Positions 35,299 through 46,326 of a stretch of 64,000 bases of DNA are shown here, piece after piece. The position numbers and the translations under genes are program-made. This DNA is from a virus. The number at the start of each line of letters is the position of its first letter. Positions within the stretch are counted from its first letter, which is position 1. The stretch lies in the IMG/VR virus record IMGVR_UViG_3300042945_002173, one strand, 5' to 3'. The notes under the pieces are model-generated. The model searched no databases. It worked only from the letters and a program-made list of their open reading frames with translations, and was not told where the DNA came from.

Positions 35299-38200
35299 AT
35301 GCCACAAAAGACTAATCTCAATGTAAGTCCTTATTATGATGATTTTGATAAGGCAGACAATTATTATAGAGTTCTTTTTAAACCTGGATATCCTGTTCAG
35401 GCAAGAGAGTTAACAGGATTACAGTCTATTTTACAAAATCAAGTAGAATCTTTTGGAAGTCATATTTTTAAAGAAGGTTCTATGGTAATTCCTGGGGGAG
35501 TTACTTGTGACAATGCATTTACAACAATAAAAGTAAATAATGATCACTTGGGCATCGATGTTACAGTCTATCTTGATGCATTAAAAAATGCCAACACTGG
35601 TAGAGGAACAAAGGTAAGAGGTCAAACTTCAGGTGTTGTTGGTACTATTAAGGGATATCTTTTACCCCCAGAAGAAGGAGTTGAGCAAATAACTTTATTT
35701 GTTAAGTATCGTGATGGTGCAGATGATGGTGAAGGTATAGAATTCTTAGATGGAGAGGTTTTAATACTAGAAGAAAATATTACCTATGGAAATACTGCAC
35801 TTAACAGTGGAGATTCTGTATTAACATTGGTATCAACAAATTCAACTGCAACTGGATATGCAGTTGGTGTTTCGCAGGGTGTATATTTTATTAGGGGTAT
35901 TTTTCTTGATGTTCCTAATACGCAAATTATTTTAGATCCATATAATAATGAACCTTCATATAGAGTTGGTTTTGACATTCTTGAAGAAATTGTTACTTCT
36001 GATGATGATGTAGATTTAAATGATAATGCAAAAGGATTTACCAATTATGCTGCACCTGGTGCAGACAGATTAAAAATAAGTGTCAAATTATCTAAAAAAC
36101 AATTAACAGATTTTAATGATACAAATTTTGTAGAATTAGTTAAGATTGACAAAGGTCAAATTAAAAAACTACAAAATAAGTCAGATTATAGCGTAATTAA
36201 GGATTATTTTGCAAAAAGAACTTTTGAAGAGTCTGGAAATTATGCAGTAAATCCATTTACAATATCTGTTGCTAATTCATTGAATGATGAAATTGGTAAT
36301 GGAGGTCTTTATCTTGAAGGAGAAAAAACAGAACAAGGAAATATTCCTTCTGATGATTTATTGTCAGTAAAAGTATCTGCTGGAACTGCGTATGTTAAAG
36401 GATTTGATATTGATTTAGTTGGCGGAGCAGTTGTCGATGCTCCAAAACCAAGAACAACCAAAAAAGTTGATAGTGCTTTAGTTCCTTTTGCGACAGGAAG
36501 TCTTTTAAAAGTTAATAATGTTCATGGAGTTCCATATTTAAATATTGGTGCATCACAGAGTGGTGCTCAAACAACACAGGCAAATATTATAGAACTTTAT
36601 AATAGGAGAAGAGATGCTTCTGGAGATGGTCCAGGAACTGCTGGTGGTGGTGGAACCAAGATTGGAGAGGCGAGAGTTTATTGGTATGGCGTATCTGATG
36701 CCCAATATACCGGAGATAGCACAACTTGGGACTTGTATTTGTTTGATGTTCAAACTTATACGACTCTTTATCTAGCAAAAGAATATACTACAACAGAAGT
36801 TCCACTTTCTTCATTTATTAGAGGTTTGTCCAGTGGCGCTACTGGTTATCTTGCAGCAAAACCAAATAGTTCTGCATATAGTTTGTCACAAACTTCTGGA
36901 ACATTTTTGGTTGGTGAACAAGTTATTATAAATGAAAATCCAGAACTTAAAATTGGTATTCAAGCACTTAATGCATACACAACGGAGGATATAAAATCAG
37001 TCTATCAAGATTCGACTGCTTTGAATAGTTCTTTACAAGCAGACTTTTTTGCTGACACTGTTCTATATGAAAGAACTCCTCCTAATTTTTCTATCACTGA
37101 TAAACTAACAATAAGTAGTGGAACTACTGGCAGAGTTGCTGGGAGATTTTTCAGTGGTACAACAGGCATTAAAACGGAAGCAATAATTAAATATCAATTT
37201 AGTGGTCAAAGTGATCCAAACTACAATAGAATTACAGCAATTGCTGCTGATGGAACTAATATAACTCTTGCGTCTGCTGGTGTTGCGGTTACTTCTGTTG
37301 CAAGAGTATCAGTAGATAATGGAGATTCAGTATTTTCCTTGATGGAACCAAAGATAACAAATCTTGATTCATCAGGATTATATACAATTCTTCCAAAAGA
37401 AAATATTGCCTCTGTTGATTTATCACAATCTGAACTTACAATTACAAAACAAATTACTGGCAGATCAACAAATGCATTTGGTTCCTTAACAATTACAGCA
37501 TCTGATGCTTTAGATTCTACATCTGGAATTACTAGTGCATTTTTTGAATCTTTTGATGCTGAAAGATATTCAGTTCATTATAGTGATGGAACTACAGATG
37601 AATTAAATTCAGGCAAATTCACACTTGGATCTAATGGCAATTCAATTACTTTTACAGGTTTAAGAATAAATCAGTCAAATATAACTGTAATTGCTACATT
37701 GAAGAAAAGACAGGTTACAAATAAATCAAAAGAATTTATAAGAAGTAGACAACTATCAGTTATTAGAACTAGTGGAATTTCCACACAAACAGGATCATCT
37801 GCCACTGGTCTTAGTACAAGTAAGTATTATGGTCTAAGAGTAGAAGATAATGAAATATCTTTAAACGTTCCTGATGTTGTTAATGTTCGTGCAGTATATG
37901 AGTCCACAGACACATCAACTCCTGTTTTAGATAAATTAACTTTTGCTACTGGATTAGCATTAGATTCTAATGCAATTACTGGTGAACAATTGATGGGACA
38001 AACTAGTAGAGCAGTTGCACAAATTGTCAATAAGGCAGCAGCAACAATAGAATTTGTACCTTTAAATGAAAATAAGTTTGAAGTTGGCGAAACTGTCATA
38101 TTTAAAGAATCTTCTATCAGTGCGGTTATACAGCAAATAACCCCAGGTAGTTATATTAATAAGACTAATGACTATACATTGGATAAATCTCATAAGAGTC

Positions 38201-41200
38201 AATATTGTGATTATTCTAGAATAAGGAGAAAGGTAGGAAGTTCTATCCCATCTCGCCAATTATTAATTATCTTTGATTACTATAAAGTAGCATCGGGAAA
38301 TAGTGGAGATTTATTTACTGTAAATTCATATACTCAGGATAGATATTTGAATGATATTCCCATAATTCCTGATCAAATTCGTGCATCTGATGTTCTTGAT
38401 TTTAGACCAAGAGTTCAAGAATTTGATCCTTCAACAACAAATGCATCACCATTTGCATTTAGTTCAAGATCTTATGAAAGCACTTTTAGGTATGCAATTT
38501 CTCCTGATGAAACCTCATTTATTGGATATAGTTATTATTTGCCAAGAGTTGATTTAGTAACAGTTAATCGTCTTGGCGAAGTTGAAATTGTTCAAGGTGA
38601 ACCTAGCGACACTCCACGTGCTCCATTTCTTGCAGATGATGCAATGGAGTTGGCTCAAATTAGTTATCCAGCATATCTTTATAATCCTCAAAAAGATCCA
38701 AAAATCTTATTGAGAGATAATAGAAGATTTACTATGAGAGATATTGGAAAACTTGAGCAAAGAATTGAGAATTTAGAAGATATTACAAGTTTGAGTATGC
38801 TCGAACTTAAAGCACAAACTCTTGAAGTTACTGATGCAAATGGTCTCAATAGATTTAAATCAGGATTTGTTGTTACTAGTTTTAAAGACAAATCTCTTGC
38901 TGATATGAGATATACGACCATTGATATCAGTAAATCTGATCCAACTGGAATTACTCCTGTTGATTTTTGGTCAATTCCTGCTGAATTAGCATTAGATCCT
39001 GGTATTGATCGTTCGACAACTGATATAACACAGAACTTAAAATTATTAGATCCAAATATTCAAAAAACTGGTGATTTGTTAACATTAGCATATACTGAAG
39101 TTGATTGGATTGAGCAACCACATGCGACTAATGTTGAAAATGTTAACCCATTTAACGTAATAGTTTTTGTCGGGGGAGTAGTATTAGATCCAGCATCTGA
39201 TAATTGGGTTAGAACAATTTATATTGATGAGCACAGAACCGAATCTACTGGAGCAAATTGGGTACAAGAGGCAAATACTTTTGTTAATGAAAATGTAACT
39301 GAATTTAATGGACCTCATCCTAATGCTGATGGAACCAGGATCATTAAAAGAGGTTCTTTAGTTACAACAACTACTACTACAACTACTCAATATACACCAA
39401 AATTAACTGGTCCTTCTAGGGAATTTAATTATGTAGAAGATGTGAAAATTAGTGGTGATGTAGATCCATTTATGCGTTCGAGAAATGTATATTTTGCAGC
39501 AAATGGATTAAGACCATTCACAAAACATTATCATTATTTGGATAGTCAACAAGTTGATATTATTCCAAAACTTTGTGAAATTGAAATGCAATCTGGAACT
39601 TTCCAAGTATTTGAAAATGCTCGAATTTATAAGCGTTATGCTGGTGGTAAGCAGATAGGATATATTAGAATCCAAAAACCAAATCATAAGTTTGGAGATA
39701 CTTCTAGACCAGATATTGGAGCTGGGTTGGGAGCACCAGACGTACTCGTTGAAACATATACAGTTGATCCATATGATAAAACAAGGCCAGCTCCTGGTGA
39801 TTCTTATTCTGCAACATCAAAATTAATTAACTTTGGTGTTAGAGCTCTCGCAAACGAGGAAAGATATTATGGATATGTAGAAAATGGTTCGATTATTGTT
39901 GGAGAAACCAGTGGTGCTATTGCAAAAATTAAAAGAGCAGAATTAGTAACAGATAATTGGGGTGATGTTATTGGAAACTTCTTCTTTAGAGATCCAAATT
40001 CAAATCCACCACCACTATCCAAAGTCAGAAGCGGAACAAAAACTGTAAAAGTTACCGCAGTACCACCAGGAGTTACGCCTTTACCAGGATCTACGGTATT
40101 TGCTAGTGAAGCACTAGGAACATATAGTGGATCTGGAACTATCTTAACTCAAGAGACAAGTAGAGTTTCCGTTAGAAATCCACCCCCACCAGTAGCTAAA
40201 CCAACAGACATTCAAGTTCAAACAAAAGCAGTTCATAGAGATCCTCTTGCACAATCATTTACTGTTGATGGTAAAGGAGTATTTTTAACATCATTTGATT
40301 TATATTTTGCAGCGAAAGATCCTCAAGCAAAGATTTATGTAGAACTTAGAACTGTTGAACTAGGAACTCCAACTTCATTCCTTGTTCAAGATTATACACA
40401 AGTTGCATTAAATCCTGATCAAATAAACATTGCTGAGACAACATTTGGCGTTAAGAGTATGGCAGGATTTGATGATGCTGCAAGTGGCGCTACACCAGGT
40501 CAATTTGGTTATGAAGTTGACTATCCATATGCAAAATCACAAGGTTTCTCTGATGCCGATATCAGATATTTCTTAGAAAATGTATATACTGGTAATATTG
40601 GAACAAAAATGAAAGAGATTTTGATGGACACTAGTTGGGGAGTATATGCCAAACCTACTATTCCAGAACCAGTCCCAACTAGAGTTCGTTTCCCATCTCC
40701 TGTATTCTTAGAAGCAGGTAGAGAATATGCAATCGTAATTCTTTCACCAGCATCTGATGCATATGAAATGTGGACTGCCACAATGGGCAAGAAAACTGTT
40801 AAAACACAAAATCTCCCAGATTCTCAGAATGTAATTGTTACTAAACAGTATATTGGTGGAAGTTTATTCAAATCTCAAAATGGAACTATTTGGACTGCTA
40901 GCCAGTATCAAGATCTTACATTTAAACTTTATAAAGCTAAATTTGTTCCATCTGGAACCCTAACATTCTATAATACAGATCTTACACCTGGTGGAACAAA
41001 TGTTCAGACACTTGAAAGCAATCCAGTTGAAGGTTTACCAAGAAAATTAAAAGTATCAATCTCAGGAACTTTAAACCCTGTTGTTGTTCCAGGTACTAAA
41101 ATTGGTGAGGGATCCAGTCCAAGTATTACTGGTATTGTTGAAAATCTTGGTGGACCAATTTCTGCAACAGGAACTGGTTCTGTTGGTATTGTTGCTGTTG

Positions 41201-42921
41201 GAGCTGGTTATTCAAATGGAACGTATACATCAGTTCCATTATATTCAATTACTGGAAAAGGATCTGGTGCTCAGGCAACAATCACTATCTCTGGTTCTAT
41301 CGTTTCTGGTGTTAATATTACTTCAGTAGGAAATGGATATGTAACTGGCGAAATACTAGGAATTACCTCAACAAGCGTTGGTGGTGGTAGTGGTGCCAGA
41401 ATTGGAGTCAAAACACGCGGAGCTGCTGATTCAATTTATCTTACTAATGTTCAAGGTGAAAACTTTACAAACAGTGCGACTCTTGTTTATTATACAAATC
41501 CTAATTCAGAATCATCAAGGACTACTGCTACTGCAACTGTATCTTCATCATCTCTCATTTCTAACGAATACTCTGGAAATGTTTTTAGAGTTAAGCAGTA
41601 TAATCATGCACACCATGGGGGCAATAATAAGATTGAAGTTAATAATGTTTCTCCAGATAGAGAAACAACAACACTTACTGCACCATTTGGTTTAAATGAT
41701 ACTGTCGTATCTGTTGCAAATACAACTATATTCTCAACATTTGAAGGAATAACAACAAGTCGTGGATATGCGTTGATACAGAATGAGGTTGTATCTTATA
41801 GTAATATAACCAGAGTTTCCGGTAACGCAGGAACTCTTTCAATTGATGGAAGATCTTTAAACAATACAGTTAAAACTCAACACGATGCCGATGAATTTAT
41901 ACAACCCTATGAAGTGAATGGTGTTTCTTTGATGAGAATTAACAAAACTCACGACATACCTTCATCTTATTATACTTCAGAAAATTCAAATCTAGATAAC
42001 TACTTCTTAGAGTTTGATAGATCATCCCCAACAAATAGATCTAGTGGGGGTTCAATGATTAATTTTGCATCTCAGAAAGGATTTGGTGGAGATACTGTTA
42101 GTGTTTCTCAGAACTATCAATTTAGTTCTATTCAACCAATGTTCAATATAATTACTCCTGGTAAAGGAACATCAGCATCTGCACAACTTAGAACTATTTC
42201 TGGAACGAGTGCTGGTGGATCAGAAGTTTCATTCCTGGATCAAGGATACGATCCTGTTCCTTTGAATACTGTAGTTCACTATCCAACACCAAGAATGGTT
42301 GCATCTAAGATTAATGAGACTACAAGACTAACAACATTACCATCAAATAAATCTTTAACTTTGAAAGTTGACTTCAAAACTGAGGACGAAAATCTATCAC
42401 CGGTGATGGATATTCAAAATTCTACTTTTATTCTTGGTAGAAATAGGTCTAATAGTCCAATTTCTAATTATGTGGATGATTCTAGATCTAATCAAATTAA
42501 TAACGATCCCCATGGATCTGTATTTGTTACTCAGATAATTTCTCTTGCTCAACCAGCAACTAGTTTGAGAGTTCTTGTTGCAGCAAATAGACAAGAAAGT
42601 GCTGATTTTAGAGTCTTCTATAGATTATTTAAGGCAGATTCTAGTGATATTCCTCAAAGCTATGTACCATTCCCTGGATATGACAACTTAATTGATACTG
42701 ATGGTGATGGATTTGGTGATCAAGTTATCAATTTGAACAATAATAGTGGAAGGGCAGATGCTTTTGTATCACCTAATGATGCAATATCTTATTCAGAGTA
42801 CCAATTTACTGCAAATAATCTAGAACAATTTGATGGATTTGCAATTAAAATTGTAATGTCATCAACAAATGAATCAACCCCAGTAAAACTTAAAGATTTT
42901 AGATGTATTGCTCTTGCCTAA
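35299..42921 (+). CDS. VrlC/DUF4815-like virion structural protein, 2540 aa
   Basis: PYYDDFD, VQARELT.LQ, APGADRL, DPLAQSF. Confidence 0.8.
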   Translation: MPQKTNLNVSPYYDDFDKADNYYRVLFKPGYPVQARELTGLQSILQNQVESFGSHIFKEGSMVIPGGVTCDNAFTTIKVNNDHLGIDVTVYLDALKNANTGRGTKVRGQTSGVVGTIKGYLLPPEEGVEQITLFVKYRDGADDGEGIEFLDGEVLILEENITYGNTALNSGDSVLTLVSTNSTATGYAVGVSQGVYFIRGIFLDVPNTQIILDPYNNEPSYRVGFDILEEIVTSDDDVDLNDNAKGFTNYAAPGADRLKISVKLSKKQLTDFNDTNFVELVKIDKGQIKKLQNKSDYSVIKDYFAKRTFEESGNYAVNPFTISVANSLNDEIGNGGLYLEGEKTEQGNIPSDDLLSVKVSAGTAYVKGFDIDLVGGAVVDAPKPRTTKKVDSALVPFATGSLLKVNNVHGVPYLNIGASQSGAQTTQANIIELYNRRRDASGDGPGTAGGGGTKIGEARVYWYGVSDAQYTGDSTTWDLYLFDVQTYTTLYLAKEYTTTEVPLSSFIRGLSSGATGYLAAKPNSSAYSLSQTSGTFLVGEQVIINENPELKIGIQALNAYTTEDIKSVYQDSTALNSSLQADFFADTVLYERTPPNFSITDKLTISSGTTGRVAGRFFSGTTGIKTEAIIKYQFSGQSDPNYNRITAIAADGTNITLASAGVAVTSVARVSVDNGDSVFSLMEPKITNLDSSGLYTILPKENIASVDLSQSELTITKQITGRSTNAFGSLTITASDALDSTSGITSAFFESFDAERYSVHYSDGTTDELNSGKFTLGSNGNSITFTGLRINQSNITVIATLKKRQVTNKSKEFIRSRQLSVIRTSGISTQTGSSATGLSTSKYYGLRVEDNEISLNVPDVVNVRAVYESTDTSTPVLDKLTFATGLALDSNAITGEQLMGQTSRAVAQIVNKAAATIEFVPLNENKFEVGETVIFKESSISAVIQQITPGSYINKTNDYTLDKSHKSQYCDYSRIRRKVGSSIPSRQLLIIFDYYKVASGNSGDLFTVNSYTQDRYLNDIPIIPDQIRASDVLDFRPRVQEFDPSTTNASPFAFSSRSYESTFRYAISPDETSFIGYSYYLPRVDLVTVNRLGEVEIVQGEPSDTPRAPFLADDAMELAQISYPAYLYNPQKDPKILLRDNRRFTMRDIGKLEQRIENLEDITSLSMLELKAQTLEVTDANGLNRFKSGFVVTSFKDKSLADMRYTTIDISKSDPTGITPVDFWSIPAELALDPGIDRSTTDITQNLKLLDPNIQKTGDLLTLAYTEVDWIEQPHATNVENVNPFNVIVFVGGVVLDPASDNWVRTIYIDEHRTESTGANWVQEANTFVNENVTEFNGPHPNADGTRIIKRGSLVTTTTTTTTQYTPKLTGPSREFNYVEDVKISGDVDPFMRSRNVYFAANGLRPFTKHYHYLDSQQVDIIPKLCEIEMQSGTFQVFENARIYKRYAGGKQIGYIRIQKPNHKFGDTSRPDIGAGLGAPDVLVETYTVDPYDKTRPAPGDSYSATSKLINFGVRALANEERYYGYVENGSIIVGETSGAIAKIKRAELVTDNWGDVIGNFFFRDPNSNPPPLSKVRSGTKTVKVTAVPPGVTPLPGSTVFASEALGTYSGSGTILTQETSRVSVRNPPPPVAKPTDIQVQTKAVHRDPLAQSFTVDGKGVFLTSFDLYFAAKDPQAKIYVELRTVELGTPTSFLVQDYTQVALNPDQINIAETTFGVKSMAGFDDAASGATPGQFGYEVDYPYAKSQGFSDADIRYFLENVYTGNIGTKMKEILMDTSWGVYAKPTIPEPVPTRVRFPSPVFLEAGREYAIVILSPASDAYEMWTATMGKKTVKTQNLPDSQNVIVTKQYIGGSLFKSQNGTIWTASQYQDLTFKLYKAKFVPSGTLTFYNTDLTPGGTNVQTLESNPVEGLPRKLKVSISGTLNPVVVPGTKIGEGSSPSITGIVENLGGPISATGTGSVGIVAVGAGYSNGTYTSVPLYSITGKGSGAQATITISGSIVSGVNITSVGNGYVTGEILGITSTSVGGGSGARIGVKTRGAADSIYLTNVQGENFTNSATLVYYTNPNSESSRTTATATVSSSSLISNEYSGNVFRVKQYNHAHHGGNNKIEVNNVSPDRETTTLTAPFGLNDTVVSVANTTIFSTFEGITTSRGYALIQNEVVSYSNITRVSGNAGTLSIDGRSLNNTVKTQHDADEFIQPYEVNGVSLMRINKTHDIPSSYYTSENSNLDNYFLEFDRSSPTNRSSGGSMINFASQKGFGGDTVSVSQNYQFSSIQPMFNIITPGKGTSASAQLRTISGTSAGGSEVSFLDQGYDPVPLNTVVHYPTPRMVASKINETTRLTTLPSNKSLTLKVDFKTEDENLSPVMDIQNSTFILGRNRSNSPISNYVDDSRSNQINNDPHGSVFVTQIISLAQPATSLRVLVAANRQESADFRVFYRLFKADSSDIPQSYVPFPGYDNLIDTDGDGFGDQVINLNNNSGRADAFVSPNDAISYSEYQFTANNLEQFDGFAIKIVMSSTNESTPVKLKDFRCIALA

Positions 42922-42922
42922 T

Positions 42923-43138
42923 ATGACTGATACTAATGATTTAATTCCTGTTGAAGGTTATAATAATCTTTTTAGGGATAGAAATACTGGTGCTATACTT
43001 AATAAAGACAAATCTGCTTACAATAATTATATGAGAATGAAAGATCAAAAGCAGAAAGAAAAAAATGAAATAGATCAGATTAAATCTGATATTGAAGAAA
43101 TTAAATTTTTATTAAAGGAGTTAATTAATGGATCCTGA
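42923..43138 (+). CDS. Hypothetical protein
   Basis: VEG..NL.RD..TGAILN plus coiled coil. Confidence 0.7.
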   Translation: MTDTNDLIPVEGYNNLFRDRNTGAILNKDKSAYNNYMRMKDQKQKEKNEIDQIKSDIEEIKFLLKELINGS

Positions 43139-43328
43139 TAAAATTAATTTAGAGAATCTAAGCAAAAGTTTTGAATATTTTAAAGCAGCATCAGAAATTG
43201 ATAATATCGAATGTTTAGATACTCTAAGAAACATTGCAAAATCTTATCTAAAACTTTATTTTAAGCAACAAGAAGTCATTTCTTCTTTTGGTACTTCATT
43301 TGAATCTATCGGATTTGATCAAGTATAA
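43128..43328 (+). CDS. Hypothetical protein
   Basis: ORF with AGGAG. Confidence 0.7.
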   Translation: MDPDKINLENLSKSFEYFKAASEIDNIECLDTLRNIAKSYLKLYFKQQEVISSFGTSFESIGFDQV

Positions 43329-43357
43329 ATATATTTTAGATCCTGAACTGTTTATAA

Positions 43358-43585
43358 ATGGCAGAAATTAAGGTCAGAGTAGGGCAACAACCCGCAGTAA
43401 AAGTTATATCTTCACTTGCTGGTGCTCAAGGTCTTTCTTTGTCTGAACTTAGTGATGTTAATGCCACAAATCTACTTGATGGTATGGTTCTAGTTTATAA
43501 TGGTGCCACTAGAAAATGGGACGCTACATTAACCCTTACACCAGGGGCAACACAGAATTTAGACATCAACGGGGGAAATTTCTAA
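43358..43585 (+). CDS. Small putative structural protein
   Basis: Late promoter upstream; ends INGGNF. Confidence 0.65.
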   Translation: MAEIKVRVGQQPAVKVISSLAGAQGLSLSELSDVNATNLLDGMVLVYNGATRKWDATLTLTPGATQNLDINGGNF

Positions 43586-45265
43586 ATGGCAAGTATTATT
43601 AGGATCAAAAGATCCTCAGGTACTAACAAACCTTCTAGTCTAAATTGGGGTGAATTAGCATATGTAACAGGTATTGGAAGTTACGGGGGTCTTAATCAAT
43701 ATAAAGATAGAATTTATGTTGGTGATGATGGTAATAATGTAAATCCAGTAGGTGGATATTATTATACCTCCATGATGGAGCACCAACCAGGCACTATTGC
43801 TGGTGTTTCAAATACAAGAAATAGTGATGGTGGTATAGTTGCTGTTCTTGATAGCAATAGAAAAGTAGATCAGTGGAACGTAGATAACTTACGTCTTGAT
43901 GGTAATACATTATTATCAACTAATACTGATGGTGATATTGTTTTAGATCCAAATGGAACTGGTGAAGTTAATATTGTTGATGATAATTATCTAAGTTTTG
44001 GTAATGATAAAGATGTAAAACTTAGATATGATGAAGCAACTGATAATAGATTTGAAATAGAAGGTGCTGATTGGGCATTTGCCGATGGCGTAGCAATTAA
44101 CATTGGCGATATAACTGAATCTACCAATAAAGACACCGGTGCTCTTGTAGTTGAGGGTGGTGTTGGAATTGATAAAAATCTGAATGTTGGTGGATCAATA
44201 AACATTAGTGGAACATCAATATTTGACTCTGTTAGAATTGAAAATAATGTAATATCGACATTACCTGGTAGTGGTGATACCCTATACATTGATCCATATC
44301 CTGATGGATTAAGTAGTGATGGAACAGTTGTTATTAAAGGTAATCTGCATGTTGATGGAACAACCACATCAGTAAACTCAACAGTTCTATCAATTAATGA
44401 TCCAATAATTGTTATTGGTGACGTAACAAGCACTAGAACTGTTATGTCGCCAGTGGCATCTGGTGTTTCGACAATTACTATTGATTCTGTAGTTGGCATC
44501 AATACCGGAGATATTATTCAAGGTAGTGCATCATTACCAAATAGTGGTATAACAACTATTACAGCATATAATAGTACCACAAAAATTATTACTATTCAAG
44601 GAACCACAACTGCTGGAATTAGTACAACTACACAATTAACAATTACACATGCATTTGATACTAATACTGATCGTGGTGTTGCTTTTGATTATAATACTGG
44701 CGTAGGTACAGCAAACAATAAGACTGGATTTTTTGGTTATATTGATGGTACAAATACTGGTAGTGCCGCACCAGCAAGATCATGGACTTATATTCCAGAT
44801 TCTACAATTACATCTCCTGGAAATGTAACTGGAACAAGAGGATATCTTGATGTTAAGGGTATCTATTACCAAACAGGTGATTTTAATACTCACGGTGTTG
44901 TATATTTTGATTCTGACGGACTTCAAACATCTACAAATAATCCAGCATCACCAGTAATCACATCTAAGCAGGTATTAACTGCTATCACAAAAATTACACT
45001 TGCATTACCATCTTCTATTACTGTTACAGCAGGTGATTTAATTCGCCAGGATACGAGTAATGCATATGGAATTGTTGAAACTGGTGGAACATTAGTATCA
45101 GTAAGTCTGATAGGTGTTGAGGGTACATTTACTAATACTTATAATATTAGAAAAGAAGGTGATAATGGAGCAATTCAAAATCTCTCCATAACACCCTCTA
45201 CCGTTTCGACCATATATACTAATAAGCCACATTGGACATCAACTCTAGACGGGGGAACTTTTTGA
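43586..45265 (+). CDS. Putative fibre/structural protein
   Basis: IRIKRS..T..P..L..GELA N-terminus; GALVVEGGVGI; ends LDGGTF. Confidence 0.65.
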   Translation: MASIIRIKRSSGTNKPSSLNWGELAYVTGIGSYGGLNQYKDRIYVGDDGNNVNPVGGYYYTSMMEHQPGTIAGVSNTRNSDGGIVAVLDSNRKVDQWNVDNLRLDGNTLLSTNTDGDIVLDPNGTGEVNIVDDNYLSFGNDKDVKLRYDEATDNRFEIEGADWAFADGVAINIGDITESTNKDTGALVVEGGVGIDKNLNVGGSINISGTSIFDSVRIENNVISTLPGSGDTLYIDPYPDGLSSDGTVVIKGNLHVDGTTTSVNSTVLSINDPIIVIGDVTSTRTVMSPVASGVSTITIDSVVGINTGDIIQGSASLPNSGITTITAYNSTTKIITIQGTTTAGISTTTQLTITHAFDTNTDRGVAFDYNTGVGTANNKTGFFGYIDGTNTGSAAPARSWTYIPDSTITSPGNVTGTRGYLDVKGIYYQTGDFNTHGVVYFDSDGLQTSTNNPASPVITSKQVLTAITKITLALPSSITVTAGDLIRQDTSNAYGIVETGGTLVSVSLIGVEGTFTNTYNIRKEGDNGAIQNLSITPSTVSTIYTNKPHWTSTLDGGTF

Positions 45266-45268
45266 TTC

Positions 45269-45481
45269 ATGACAAGAGATAGTGAAGTTGATATTAATGT
45301 TTTAGTGCGTTTGTATAATCAAAAATTATCAACACTAACAAATCAAAATGTTTTGTTAGAAGCAAAACTCCAAACTTTATCTGATGATTTTGCTCAAGAA
45401 AAAAATGAACTTTTAGCAGCAAATCTTGAACTTCAAAATAAGTATGATGAGTTGAAGAAATCCAAAGAATCTGAAGAGTAA
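45269..45481 (+). CDS. Hypothetical coiled-coil protein
   Basis: ORF track. Confidence 0.7.
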   Translation: MTRDSEVDINVLVRLYNQKLSTLTNQNVLLEAKLQTLSDDFAQEKNELLAANLELQNKYDELKKSKESEE

Positions 45482-45489
45482 AGAGAAAA

Positions 45490-46326
45490 ATGGCAAAACC
45501 AGCAAGTAGGCAAGAACTTATTGATTACTGTCTAAGGCGTCTAGGAGCGCCTGTGCTGGAAATTAATGTTGATGATGATCAAATTGATGATCTAGTCGAC
45601 GATGCCCTTCAATACTTCAATGAGCGCCATTTTGATGGTGTTGAAAGAATGTATTTAAAGTATCAAATAACACAAGATGATATTGATAGGGGTAAAGCAA
45701 CTTCAAAGACACCAAGAGGACCTGGAATTACAACATCAACAGCAACATCGACAACTGGAACAACATATAATTGGTATGAGTCTTCAAATTATATTCAAGT
45801 TCCAGATTCAGTAATTGGTATTGAAAATGTATTTAAGTTTGATACTAGTTCCATCTCTGGTGGAATGTTTAGTATCAAATATCAGTTATTTTTAAATGAC
45901 TTATATTATTTTAACTCGGTTGAGCTTTTACAATATTCCATGGTTAAATCATATCTATCAGATATTGATTTTTTACTTACAACAGATAAACAGTTAAGAT
46001 TTAATAAAAGACAAAATAGATTATATTTGGATATTGAATGGGGAGCACAATCTGCCGGAAACTTTCTTGTCTTGGATTGTTATAGAATTTTAAATCCAAA
46101 TGATTTTACAAAAGTCTATAATGATAGTTTTGTAAAAAGATATTTAACTGCATTAATTAAGAGGCAGTGGGGTCAAAACTTAATCAAGTTTAGAGGAGTT
46201 AAATTGCCAGGTGGACTGGAATTTAATGGTAGAGAAATCTATGAAGATGCTGAAAGAGAAATTGATGAAATAACCAAGAGAATGTCAATGGATTATGAAC
46301 TTCCACCATACGACTTTATTGGATAA
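45490..46326 (+). CDS. g13: Neck protein gp13
   Basis: LRRLGAPVLEINV, KRQWGQNL.KF..LPGG. Confidence 0.92.
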   Translation: MAKPASRQELIDYCLRRLGAPVLEINVDDDQIDDLVDDALQYFNERHFDGVERMYLKYQITQDDIDRGKATSKTPRGPGITTSTATSTTGTTYNWYESSNYIQVPDSVIGIENVFKFDTSSISGGMFSIKYQLFLNDLYYFNSVELLQYSMVKSYLSDIDFLLTTDKQLRFNKRQNRLYLDIEWGAQSAGNFLVLDCYRILNPNDFTKVYNDSFVKRYLTALIKRQWGQNLIKFRGVKLPGGLEFNGREIYEDAEREIDEITKRMSMDYELPPYDFIG

